A DNA stretch of 64,000 nucleotides from Blepharisma stoltei ATCC 30299. Lineage: Eukaryota > Protista > Ciliophora. The stretch is taken from NCBI GenBank assembly GCA_965603825.1, contig CBFDEM010000015.1, forward strand, positions 310,001 through 374,000, read 5' to 3'. Below the pieces are notes generated by a model. It made no database searches and had not been told where the DNA came from. It saw only the letters and a program-made list of their open reading frames with translations. Positions 22,145-33,650 of this stretch are shown here, one piece after another (position 1 is the stretch's first letter; each line of letters starts with the position of its first letter). The translations under genes and the position numbers were made by a program.

Positions 22145-24814
22145 ATGTCTGAGGAAAAGATTAAAGACCGTCCCAATTATTATAATTTCACAGAAGAAAT
22201 CAATCCAGAGCAAGATTCTGAATCCTCCTCAAATAAAAATATGCCATCAATGTATAAGCTTCAGCTAAAACTTTTATTGTGGAAGCAGTATCTTGTCTTC
22301 AAGAGAAATTTAAAATCAACTCTATTCCAAATTTTAACTCCTCTTGCAGTCTGTTTATACTTGCTGTTAATACAATTCACAGCAAATTATGTATTTGATA
22401 ATATGGTAACTAAAAATCCAGATACAATTGATTTGTGAAAAATCCCAAAATGCTACGGAAATGACTGCATTACCCTTGGCATTGGATTAACAAATGGAGA
22501 AAATGAGTTCTCAGACTATATCATTAAATATATTTCAGAAAAACATCATTTGAAGATTGGAAAAGATATTAAAATTTTAGCCAAAAATGATCCCATGCAA
22601 TTGTTTGATTATATAGATAAGCATGACAATCAAACTCAGACAGCTGTAATTTTATGCACTGGCCCATTTGTCTTGCCTCCAAACAGATTTTATAACGGAA
22701 CTTTTGACTGCTTAGGAAGCAGTGAAAATTATACAGTAAGAATGTACAATATAGTTTTCAACTCCTCTTCACTAGTAAGCATGCTGATATCAGAAATGAA
22801 CTCTCCTATGCCAGTAAATTACCCAGCAATCGCAGTGAAGTCAGCCTTAGATGAAGCATTGATTTCTTATCAATCGAAAGATCAAAAAATCGATATTAAA
22901 GTCAGCACTCAAGGCTACCCAGAACCCAAAAACAGGCATTCAAACCATGTAAGCATCATCAAAAACTCTGGGCCTTTTTATTTTTTTATCCCGCCAATTG
23001 TAACTTTTGTTGTTGTCTTGATCGAACTTGTGAGAGAAAAAGAGTTTCATTTGAGGAGTGGGCTTAGCATGATGGGGATGAGCCACAGTCCTTATTGGCA
23101 CTCATGGTTTATAACAGCTTTTATATTTACTATATTTACAAGCAATAGTGTAATTATCAGTGGCAAGCTATGCAACTTTGACATCTTTTTGAACACCCCT
23201 TATTTGATACTTTTAATGATGTTTGGATTTTTTTCGATATCAATGACATGTCTAGCCTTCTTGTTGTCAACTTTCTTAAGGACCACCAAAAGTGCATACG
23301 CAGCTTCTTATGTTTTCATTTTAGTAGGTCTTGTGTTTCAGCTGCTTTTGTCAGATATAAATATTATTTACGCATTATGGTCAGAAGAAGCACCTGACTG
23401 GGTAGCAATAGTCAGAGCCATCTTTACACTTTATCCTCCGTTTAATTTTTCTAAATGCTTCGGGGATATTGCACGAAAAGCGTCAGTCCATTATTCTCAC
23501 TGGGAGCATAAGCATGTTCCTGGCGAATATTACTCTTGGAATAGGTTTGCTTCAAGAAACAGAAGGATTATTCCATCAGCTTTAGAATCTCTTTTGTATT
23601 TGCTTGCAGATTCTCTACTTTTGTGCATTCTTGCCTGGTATTTTGATCATGTTTTACCTAGCAATCGTGGAAACTCTGATCCAGTTTATTTTTTCTTGAC
23701 TCCCAAATATTGGGGCTTCAATAAAAAAATTCAAAAAATCCAATCAACTGTAGAAGATACCAATGAAGAAGTAGCAGATTCAGTCTCTTTTGAAAAACGC
23801 AAAGTTATTGACCTAGAAGACTCTTCAAGCAGCATCAGAATACTTGGGATTCATAAGATTTTCCAGAAAAATCTTTATAAGACTTCAGAAGACATTCATG
23901 CTGTTAATAATATCTATTTGCATGCTAAAAGAGGAGAACTTTTAGCTTTGTTGGGCCACAATGGGGCTGGAAAGTCTACATTAATTAATATGCTGACTGG
24001 CCTTTGTAAACCTACATCAGGCTCAGCAAAAATCTGCGGATTTGATATTAGAGAAAACATGAGCGAAATTAGAAAAGTGTTAGGAGTCTGCCCACAGCAT
24101 GATATTCTATGGGACGAGCTTACAGCTAAAGAACATTTAATTCTATTTGGAAGACTTAAAGGAGAAAGCTATGATAAAGTATATGAAGAAGTCAATGAGA
24201 GGCTAAAAGAAGTCAATTTAAGTGACGAAGCAGATTTATTGGCTGGAACTTTCAGCGGGGGCATGAAAAGGAGGCTTTCATTGGCTATATCTGGAATTGG
24301 GGATCCTAAGGTGATTATTTTAGATGAGCCTACTACAGGGATGGACCCAATTAACAGAAGGCAGGCATGAAAGTTTATTAAAAAGCTCAAGGAAAAAAGA
24401 ATAATGATTTTAACCACTCATTCAATGGAAGAAGCAGATGTCCTTAGCGATAGAGTTTGTGTCGTTGTGGATGGAAGATTGAAATGCATAGGAACTTCTC
24501 TTTACTTGAAAAACCAGTTTGGAGATGGGTATAGAGTTAATATTATATCAAAAGAAGTAGAAAGAGTAGTGCCTATTGTTCGCATAGTGATGCCCAATGC
24601 AAAAATTATTGATTCTAGTGGGGGGAGCTTAGTCTTAGGAATTTCAGTCAAAGATGTAAAAGAGATTGGAGAATTCGTAAGAATCATGGAAGGAGAAGAG
24701 ATAGGGGAGCTCAGCGTTTTGAAGGATTTGATTGAGGATTGGGGCTTATCTCATACCACTCTTGAGGAAGTTTTCATGATAGTAACTGGAAAGAAAACAA
24801 ATGGGATTAAATAA
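22145..24814 (+). CDS. Half-size ABC transporter, subfamily A (one TMD + one NBD)
   Basis: Joined via TGA=W at 22436-38 and 24368-70; LLWKQYLVFKRN, VREKE, Walker A GHNGAGKS, CPQHDILW, FSGGMKRRLS, LDEPTTGMDP, LTTHSMEEAD, TTLEEVF. Confidence 0.93.
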
Positions 24815-24948
24815 TTATTGACATAGATTTAATTGTTTAAAAATGGAATTAACCAAACTCAGGATTCAAGAAAATAATTCGGATTTATTTTTAATTAAGT
24901 GCAAAATTTCTCATTCAGTCTTTGTGTGGTCACGAATTTACTTAATTC

Positions 24949-25014
24949 ATTGCAATCAGTAAAATAAATTAAGGCATAATGATTGCAATCAGTAAAATAA
25001 ATTAAGGCATAATG
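24949..25014. repeat. Perfect 2 x 33-bp tandem duplication between convergent genes
   Basis: attgcaatcagtaaaataaattaaggcataatg at 24949-24981 and 24982-25014. Confidence 0.95.
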
Positions 25015-25037
25015 AATTCTAGTAAAAATTAAATAAT

Positions 25038-26669
25038 TTAATTTGTTTCATTAAGCTTTACCAAACTCGTTCCTTCTCTCTCAAAAGAAAAGCAGCAAAG
25101 TTTATTTTCTTCTTTTACATCTTTATAATTTGGAGTTCTTCTATCAAGATCAGGCATTAGCAGAGATTCAGCAGCTGCATCACTCAAGGTCATAGTGTAT
25201 CTTGGGTCTTCTGTTTGAATTTCTGACAGCCTTGCTGCAGTTTTGAACCCAAATCTTTCTCTTGTGGTTCTTCCTTGTATGATATTTAAGCTTTGTATAT
25301 ATAGTACAGGAGTTGACAAAACAAGCCCTATCAAGCTAAACACTCAGTTCACAATGCAGGCATCACGCATATTTGCATAATCGTCAAGGTCCAAAATGTT
25401 TGCCTCACCATTTTCATTTAATGCAAAAATTGCCAAACAGACTGAGAATTGATATAAAAAATCAATAGTACAAAAGACAATAAATGTATAAAATAGCACA
25501 AAATTCTTTTTCCCTACACAATTCCTAATCCATGGACAGTGATGATCATACTTCTTTACACATTTCCCACAATGCTGACAATGCCTTGCTGACTGCGATT
25601 TTTTAACCTTGCAAAATGGGCAAACATATTCTGGGTGATAATTTTCATAGAGTTTCTATATATCACTTACAATTAGATCTTGTCCAGGCTTAGGCTTAAT
25701 ATAACCCGGGTCAAAATAATGGACCATAGAAAAGAGAATAAATGTAAAGATAAAAATAACCCCTGAAACTATATCAAATGACACTGAAATGTCTCTCATA
25801 TAAATAAATCATAAAATATAGCGTACAAATAATGCAGCAATATACAGAATAAATGCTTTGTAGTTGTATCTTGATGGCTCTAAAGATGTTCCGAAGGGAT
25901 TCAATTTTTTCAAAGGGAATGGCTTCTTCAGGATTTTATAAAGCTCAACTGCATTATAGTGATTAGCAATGTCCAAAGCTGTATGGCCAGTTTTATTTGT
26001 AATATTCCTATCTGCGTAATTCATAATGAGGACTCTTGAAACTGTATAGCTTTGAGAAGTTGCAGCTAAATGTAGTGCTGTGTTCCCTTTATTATCTTTT
26101 ACATTAACATTTTGCCCTAGTGAAAGCAATAAAGCTACAACAAACTCGTGACTATTTTCGGCTGCCAAATGCATTGGGGTTCTTCCATAAATATCTGGTT
26201 CATTAAACCTCATTTTAAAATTCACCACTGCATTCATTATAAACTGAATCATCCCGGATTGAGCTGCCAAGTGCACAACTCCATGCCCCTGCGCATTTTT
26301 CATGAAAATATCAGCTCGTAACTGTAAAAACCTGGCACAGAGCTTGCTTCTTTTCTTTCTGATGGCGAAATGCAAAGGTGTGTTTTTCTCTTTAAAATCT
26401 TGTGCATTCAACATTTTTTCGACTTCTTTATCAAAGTTTTCATCGCCGAAATTTTCTTTGACGCAGTTTTCTATTTCTAATTGGAAATCCATAACTTTGC
26501 TTTCGGGGATGTTGGAATTTGCAAGATCGTGAAATATATTATATCCTTCTGAATCAATAAACATAGTTATATCTGTCCCAATATCTGATAAAGTAGATGA
26601 AAAGGTAGAGAGATCTAGAATTTGCATTGCGATGAGCAAATTTGCTTTTGTGTCGTATGTAGAGTTCAT
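25038..26669 (-). CDS. Ankyrin-repeat DHHC protein S-palmitoyltransferase (Akr1/ZDHHC17-like)
   Basis: Ankyrin repeats (TPLHFA, GRTPMHLAA, GNTALHLAA); after TGA=W and intron 25656-25670: DPGYI, CPFCK...ARHCQHCGKCVKKYDHHCPWIRNCVGKKN, TTRE. Confidence 0.92.
25656..25670 (-). other. 15-nt spliceosomal intron
   Basis: gtaagtgatatatag on the minus strand; contains an in-frame TAG upstream of the DHHC domain. Confidence 0.88.
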
Positions 26670-26864
26670 TATATTTAATTCATATTTCTTTGCATATATA
26701 ATTATTCAATTAGAGAAAATATTTTCCGAGCTTTCTTGACTAATATGAAAGATGCTAATTGAATATTCATTTAAAATTAGATAAAAAATCTAGTTTTAAA
26801 ATATACTGTAAGTCATAGCTTCAAAACATAATTTTCCTTAACATATTTTATATTTAAGGGATTT

Positions 26865-28988
26865 ATGGATTATTTAAAAACTCGGCCTAAACTCCCACAC
26901 CTAGCGGATGAATTTGGGCTGAAATCCGAGAAAAAGGCACAAAATACCGAATTAAGTAATTCGTTTTTTGCTTCAATTAGCGGCTTATCGAAGATCCAAG
27001 AAGTTGAAGAAGTTGGATCAATGAGCAATGACTCAGAAGCTTATTTAGATTATACAATAAACCTTTCCAAAAAATCAAATCTGACTAAAAAATTGCCTTT
27101 TATGAAAAAGCATTTCCGAAAATATACCGAACTCCCTCCCCTTAGCAATAATGAAAAAATTGCATTCTTTCAACGATTTTTAAGCAAGCTCAAAGAAAAC
27201 CCTCAAATTTATGATCACTTCCTTAACGAAGCTAAAAAAAAGCTTATATTATCAATTCCGATTTACAGTAGCACCGAGTATTATTATAAATTCATCCACA
27301 TTCAAAATAGTAAAAAATACCGATCACTATCACAAACTCCTGTCCCAACAGTTTCTAGAAAAACTCCAGATTTAGAAGTAAAGCGGGTAGTAAACTCCTC
27401 TCCTCTTGGGTTTAGCATAAATGAAAGAAATTTACTCAAAGATTTGATAAAATTCCCAGATAGTGGCCGATATCCCACTTTATCAAGAACAACATTTTCT
27501 AGGGCAGAGAGCAGGAGAAGTAGTCGGCCTACAAGCAAAATGAGACGATTGGGCAAAAGGAAATTTCTTGATAGAAATAAGCCAAGCCTTATCCGTCTAT
27601 ATCAAGAAATATGCGGAACTCCAAAACTTTCTTTAAGACTGTGTAGACTTTCAATTCAAGGCTTCACCCAGCATTTAAATAAACGATACCCTACTGAAAT
27701 ATCTGAATCAATGGCTAAACATTTTGACTTCAAAAATGGTACATTAGAAGAATTTTGCACAGAAATGGACAAGTTTATTGGAAGCTCTGACGAAAAGCAT
27801 TTAGCATTTTGCTTTGATATTTTTGATTTCAATAAAGATAAATATATTTGCTATCAAGATGCGTACCTTGCTATGAAACTAAGAGAGCAAGATTATTATG
27901 ATAATGATATAATAAAGATAAACAAAATGTTTGATCTAAAAAAACAAAGAAAAATTCCTACTAAAAAAGAATCGCGCAGAAGTAAAAGAAGAAAAAGCGT
28001 TTTTAGTAGTGCTACGAGTGAAAATACAGACGAGGAAGATGAGGAAGAAAATAAAAAAAAATCAAAAATCCCGCATTATAACCTTGAAAAGCCTGAAGCC
28101 TTGACTTTTGAAGATTTCTGTAAAATTGATTTCCAAGGGAAGCCACAAATTTTTATTGATTTTTTGAGGCACAGCTGTGAATTTAATTACACTATTTTGC
28201 CTGTGTTTCCGACAACGCCTCCAAATATGACTAGGAAAAACAGCGAGGATTTGATTGTTGATATCTCACAAAATCCTGGTCTCTTAGAAAGTGTTCGGCA
28301 AGATCCTAATTTTTCCTACTTAGCGGAGCTTGAAGAAGCCATGAGCTTGTTTTCTGGAACCCAACTTTACGATTTATTAGAAAAATTTGAAATTCTAAGA
28401 TGTAAAGATATGAAAAGTTTGAAAACAATTTCAAAAACATCTATGAAAGAAAAATGACCGGAGCTATTTGGTGCTAAATGCGATTATGTCGCTGAAAGAA
28501 TTTATCATTTTTTAGCTGGACCAAAGTATGAGGATGTGACAAAATCGAGGTTTTTAAATGCTGTTCATTTATTACTGAATATAAATAATGATTATTTTTT
28601 GAGGGGTTTTAGCTTTCATATATATGACGCAAGAGGAGATGGAGTAATTACGGCTGATGAAGCTTACAATATGCTAGAAGCACTTCCTGTAGGGTCACCT
28701 ATATATTATGAGTGTTTGCGGTAAAAGATATTTAGTATAGTCAATGAGCTTCTTGCAAGTATTTTTGGAAGGAGAATAACTCCAATCACAACGATTGATT
28801 TTTATAAATTCATTGAATTTATACCGGATTCTCTATTTATTAAAGAAGTTTTAGAAGTTTTTCAGATTCCGTTAGTTAAACTCAAGGAAAGAGCGAATTC
28901 TTCGTTTATTCCTATTGAAGTGAAGAATGAAGAAGATAAAAAAGTTATTGAAACTTTAAGGCTAGCAACCCAAGAAATTTTTATATAA
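26865..28988 (+). CDS. Large EF-hand protein (calcineurin B/NCS-like lobes)
   Basis: FDIFDFNKDKYICYQD and FHIYDARGDGVITADE EF-hand loops; joined by TGA=W (28455-57) and intron 28721-28735; TAA at 28986-88. Confidence 0.75.
28721..28735 (+). other. 15-nt spliceosomal intron
   Basis: gtaaaagatatttag; removal deletes an in-frame TAA and opens more than 80 further codons. Confidence 0.85.
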
Positions 28989-29413
28989 ACTTGTAACTCT
29001 GATTTGCTTTAAAATTTGATATTTTATTTTCGTATTATTTTTCAGTTAGTTTTACTATAATTTATTTAATATTGCATTTCATAGAATTTCTGAGCATTTG
29101 TCTTGAGTCTATAAGAGATATATGATGCTTATTATTAAATTCATTTATTAATAAATTATGAATAAGCTACTATTTTTATTATAAAGTTCAAAATTTTTTT
29201 AAAGTTAATTGCTTGGGATATGCACTCCCCCTCCAAGAGTGAAAACTCTGGGGAAAATCTCTAAGAGAATTATTCTGCTGATTTTTTAATTTTGAGAATT
29301 TAATAATAAGCGTGATAAATAAATCAAATATGTAAATGGATTTTAATTTTCGTTTGCAAGCATTTTTGCTGTAGTTTTAAATGCCATTGATTTATGTAAC
29401 AGATATTTAATAA

Positions 29414-30109
29414 ATGGGTGTGATATTTCAAATTTCACTTTCAATTATCTTAGCAAATGCAAGAAGAACGGGTCACAGCTCAGGATCCAGTTCAAGCAGC
29501 AGTAGTGGCTTATCTACATCGGCCTCAATTATTTTAGCGGTGCTATTATTTGTCTTTTTTATGATAGTTATAATAGCTTCTGTTTTGTACAAAAGATATC
29601 GTTTAAGGAAACTAAGACGACAAATAGAAGCGAACCTAGCAACGCTTCCTCAAATTCCTCCTCAACAAAATTTTCAGCTAGGATATCAAAATCCAAATGG
29701 AGTTGTGCAAGTGGGATTTGGTCAAATTCCTCCTCAACAAAATTTTCAGCCAGTATTTCAAAATCCAAATGAGGCTGCAAAGGCTGGATTTGGAGCTCCT
29801 GTTGCTCCTATGTACCCAATTAATCAGCAATTCGTACAACCAGGAAATTATCCTCCTGGCTATACTTATCCTCAACCTAACTCATACCCTGGAAATTCTG
29901 GAGCAGCTCAAGTAGGGATAAATAATTCATCGGCTTACTCATATCCAGTTCTAAGCCAACCTTTACAAGGATACAATAATCCTGGAGCTTATCCTCCTCA
30001 ACAATTGTATGGTGTAACTCAAGGGTATAATGAACCCAATGCCAATCCAAATTTTCAAGTAAACGCAACTGATATTATGGAAGAAAATTTGCCGAAGCAA
30101 CCATCATAA
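29414..30109 (+). CDS. Single-pass membrane protein with tiny Ser-rich ectodomain and Pro/Gln/Tyr-rich tail containing a PPxY motif
   Basis: Signal peptide, TM IILAVLLFVFFMIVIIASVLY, basic stop-transfer segment, YPPGY. Confidence 0.85.
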   Translation: MGVIFQISLSIILANARRTGHSSGSSSSSSSGLSTSASIILAVLLFVFFMIVIIASVLYKRYRLRKLRRQIEANLATLPQIPPQQNFQLGYQNPNGVVQVGFGQIPPQQNFQPVFQNPNEAAKAGFGAPVAPMYPINQQFVQPGNYPPGYTYPQPNSYPGNSGAAQVGINNSSAYSYPVLSQPLQGYNNPGAYPPQQLYGVTQGYNEPNANPNFQVNATDIMEENLPKQPS

Positions 30110-30258
30110 AATAGCGAATGCATTTTTAAAATAATAAATTAATAGCACTATATATGGAAAATTCTTAACACTGAAAATAAGTACCAGATGAATTATTAAT
30201 TAATTATAGTGATAATCAAGCAAGTTTGTGATTTTAAAACAATAGCAGAAGAAAATTG

Positions 30259-31071
30259 CTTAGCAAATGCAAGTAAAACGGGCCACAGTTCAGGATCCAG
30301 CTCAAACAGCAAGAGCAGCTTATCTACAGCAGGCTCAATTATTATAGCGGTGCTATTATTTGTCTTTTTTATGATAGTTATAATAGCTGCTATTTATACA
30401 AAAGATATCGTTTAAGGAAATTAAGAAGACAAGTTGAAGCGAACCTAGCAATGCTTCCTCAAATTCCTCCTCAACAAAATTTTCAGCTAGGATATCAAAA
30501 TCAAATGAAGTTGTGCAAGTGGGATTTGGTCAAATTCCTCCTCAACAAAATTTTCAGCCAGTATTTCAAAATCCAAATGAGGCTGCAAAGGCTGGATTTG
30601 GAGCTCCTGTTGCTCCTATGTACCCAATTAATCAGCAATTCGTACAACCAGGAAATTATCCTCCTGGTTATATTTATCCTCAGCCTAACTCATACCCTGG
30701 AAATTCTGGAGCAGCTCAAACAGAGATAAATAATTCATCGGCTTACTCATATCCAGTTCCAAGTCCACCTCCACAAGGATATAATAATCCAGGAGCTTAT
30801 CCTCCCCAAAATTTGTATGGAGTAGCTCAAGGGTATAATGAACCCAATGCCAATCCAAATTTTCAAGCAAACGTAACTGAAATTAAGGAAGAAAATTTGC
30901 TGAAGCAGCCATTATAAAAATAGCGAATGCATTTTTAAAATAATAAATTAATTAGCACTATATATGGAAAATTCTTAACATTGAAATGAGTACCAGATGA
31001 ATAATTAATTAATTATAGTGGTAATCAAACAAGTTTGTGATTTTAAAACCATATCAGAAGAAAATTGCTTA
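30259..31071 (+). pseudogene. 5'-truncated, frameshifted tandem copy of 29449-30262
   Basis: About 810-bp direct repeat including 3' flank; lacks the ATG and most of the signal peptide; 1-nt deletions near 30392 and 30502. Confidence 0.85.
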
Positions 31072-31776
31072 CAATAGAATCGAATTCAACTTTTTCATAT
31101 AAAATTTAACAGCAGAAATATAAATTAATCTCCAGAAAAGTATTAATGGGAAGCAACTAATATATCCTTAAGCTTTAATAAGCCTTTTCGTTCTGAATAG
31201 AGGAATTTCATTTAGTTTTGCGTCATCAGTAGAATAAAGACAAGAAGATAAGGATGAACATTTTGAGATCATTGTGTTTGAAGTAAAAAAAATCTGATCA
31301 TTATATAAATCTAAGAGCTATTAAATTATTTTATTTTAAAATATATTTAATTTGCTCAAAGGAAACTATTTGTTATTTTTTTACACTAAAATATCTTCGA
31401 ATTGATAAAAAAAATTTCCATTTCAAAATAAGCATCAGATGATATGAGACTTTAAATTTTAAAAGTTGTCGCTCATGAGATAAAACTAACAATTTATACT
31501 CTTTGAAGTTGCATTTGAATTTATTTTAGATTAAACATTTATTTTCAAGCATTTGCCATTAAAATATTATCATTTTCGATATTAATTATTTAGCCATTCA
31601 GAATAAAAAAATAAATATGTCATGTCAGTCAATTAAAATTGAATTTATTAAATTTTATATATGATGAATATTTAAAAATATAATGGGAAAATATTCTTGG
31701 AATTAATTCATATTTAAAACATATTCATTCGAAATTATACTCAAACACCGAGATTTTAACATTAGCTACCATTATT

Positions 31777-32439
31777 TTAGCTTAAATTCTCTGACACTTT
31801 CGCTTTCTTAATGGCAAGCTGGTCCTCTATAATTTCACTGAATCTTTTAAGCATGGATAGTCTGTCTTGCTGAAAATCAATATTTTTGTCACTTTCACAG
31901 GTGCTCATGCTAATTTCTTCTCGTTTTCCATGTATTTTTTTGCTTATCTTACAATCCAAATAATCAGCAAAAAAGCTGTCTACAATTGCCTCTTCATCCA
32001 TTTTTTCTTCACAGTTTACTGCTTGCTTGTTGGGCAATAAAAGAAACCGCTTTTCTCTATTATGTTTAAGTTCTTGACTGATTTTAATTTGCTCGTTTAC
32101 CGGCATTCTTTTTTTTAAATAGTAAAAATGATTTTTCACTGAAAATTCGCTTCTGTCGTTGAAAAATCCAGAGATGGTGCTTCATCTCGCTCCATAAACT
32201 TTATAAAGCCTCACTAGGACAAAGTTTTCCTCATTCGTTCATCTTGCTTTGGATTCTTCTCCTAAGTCTAAGGCTCTTAGTTGGCCGTTTAAGTTTTTAT
32301 TTGAAGTAGCTGTTTTTTGTTTGTTGCTTTGTTGAATAAAATTGCTAGAGCTTTCTAATTCTTCTCTAGCTGTATTATTTTCAAGGTTGATGTTTTGAGC
32401 CGCTTGATCATCATTACGACCTTCCATTTTATTATCCAT
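31777..32439 (-). CDS. Single-repeat Myb/SANT domain protein
   Basis: With TGA=W: KARWTNEENFVLVRLYKVYGARWSTISGFFNDRSEFSVKNHFY; both conserved Trp are TGA. Confidence 0.88.
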
Positions 32440-33650
32440 TTTCAATATATAAAACTTAAATTAACTTAATATTAAGAGAATTCGAAATAGCTTATTTGAA
32501 TTAATTTCGAGCAAGCCTATAAGTTTTAAATTTAAATAAAAAATGGTTATCATTTAATTTCGCAAGATCGCGTTGGTATATTTTTTCCCAAAAATCTTAA
32601 AATGAAGATTATAAAAATTAAGTAGGCGAAAGGAGTTTTGAGAGTTTTTTTATTGAGCTAGCATCACTATTTTAAAAAATATTCTGACTGTATCTATTTT
32701 GAGTTCAAATTTTAAAGAGGGTGCTTTCCCTATTAATGCTGAGGAACATATCAAAATAAATAAAAATAGCAGTTTCCTGCTATCTTGATCCTAAAAGTTT
32801 TTATTACTGACTAGGATACAAATATTGTTACAATTACATCCTATAATTAATTGTTTTTACATAAAAGAGATTTAAATACTTATGATTTATTCAAAAAATT
32901 ATTTATTATTATTTAAGACTATTTTTGATAAATCCACCTTTATTAGTAATGATGATTAAGTAACATCGTCAAATCATCGAAGTAATTAGGTTTATAAAAC
33001 TCCAAGCAATTAGGAGGCTGATAATTAAAACTTTAAAAATGTTTATGCGATTATGATTTTTTAGCATGCCAATCTGTGACTAGAAAGGATATATTAAAAA
33101 TTAGATCTATAATAGATTATAGCTCTATGGATAATTCCCGATAATGCGGTACTAAATATATAAATTAAGATTAATTGAAGATCAAGTCAATATTAATTAT
33201 TAACTTCAATAATTTTTTGCATTAATTAAATATCCCAACAAACGTGTAATTGAATGAAATATTATTCTTTTATTGCACTGATATAAAGCAACAGTTATTC
33301 TTTAATTAATAAGCAACTTTTTTTAATTAAAAAATAAATTTAAATTAATATGGACTAAAATTATATTTTATAAGGTATTATTGATTTGATAATTTTATCT
33401 AAAAATTTCCTTATAAAAAAAATTAAATTAATTCTTTAGAAATACCAAAATAGAATAAAAATCTTATAGATAATCAGATTAGACTTTCTAACCTTATAAT
33501 CTTAAATAAAAATAAAATTATTATTTTTGTTTTATAATCAATTTTATTTTTTGATTATTTTAAACAAATGAATAAATTAGATAAATGATTTAATCGCGAA
33601 TAATTTTTATTATCATAAAATTTATTATATAGTGAGTAAAATTTTTTAAA

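Noticed and set aside
24949-25014. 33-bp direct repeats as a CRISPR array
   Set aside because: Only two adjacent copies, no spacer, no cas genes, eukaryotic context
30209-30917. Three separate small genes, or programmed frameshifting, in the duplicated copy
   Set aside because: They are pieces of one truncated duplicate; the shifts are simple 1-nt deletions relative to the intact copy, with no ATG or full signal peptide
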